NCBI GenBank assembly: GCA_040357565.1
Contig: JBDODJ010000041.1
Length of the DNA: 64,000 bases
Reading direction: 5' to 3' (one strand)
From: Cercozoa sp. M6MM
Taxonomy: Eukaryota > Protista > Endomyxa: Ascetosporea
The first letter of the stretch is position 1; every line of letters begins with the position of its first letter. Both the position numbers and the translations under genes were made by a program. The notes under the pieces are model-generated. The model was not told the DNA's origin. It saw only the letters and a list, made by a program, of their open reading frames with translations, and searched no databases. Positions 63,514-64,000 of the stretch are shown here, piece after piece.

Positions 63514-64000
<487 letters not shown>

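Overview
Gene-dense, intron-rich nuclear DNA from a microbial eukaryote (probably a protist; the lineage cannot be fixed from this window). It uses the standard code (TAA, TAG and TGA all end genes) and short, mostly ~55-90 nt GT-AG introns, so the six-frame ORF track is fragmentary. I assembled about 21 genes by hand from splice signals; exon boundaries are approximate. Recognisable genes: an NADP-dependent alkenal/prostaglandin reductase, SERRATE/ARS2, a kinesin with a dead-looking motor, BBS4, a UvrD/PcrA helicase and HslU (both with mitochondrial-presequence-like N-termini), prefoldin 2, HUS1, a TM/F-box-like/TBC RabGAP, a Reeler-like secreted protein, a DUF229 sulfatase-like protein, a myristoylation-motif ADP-ribosylglycohydrolase with degenerate metal ligands, an RRM plus two-zinc-knuckle SR protein, a large ankyrin/TM/coiled-coil/CCCH gene, a BTB protein and the 3' part of RPL10. 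A decayed LTR-retrotransposon gag-protease relic lies at about 39.6-40.6 kb. Main points of interest: (i) two probable pseudoenzymes (kinesin and ARH); (ii) strand-polarised C-rich (TGTTTACCCCC-type) and other minisatellites filling the introns of particular genes; (iii) a recurrent AACTGAA motif downstream of stop codons, a candidate non-canonical polyadenylation signal; (iv) an RS2Z-type SR gene with a long, stop-introducing RRM intron; (v) adjacent bacterial-type, apparently mitochondrial HslU and UvrD genes. No tRNA, rRNA or CRISPR was seen. Assembly gaps fall in the repeats.
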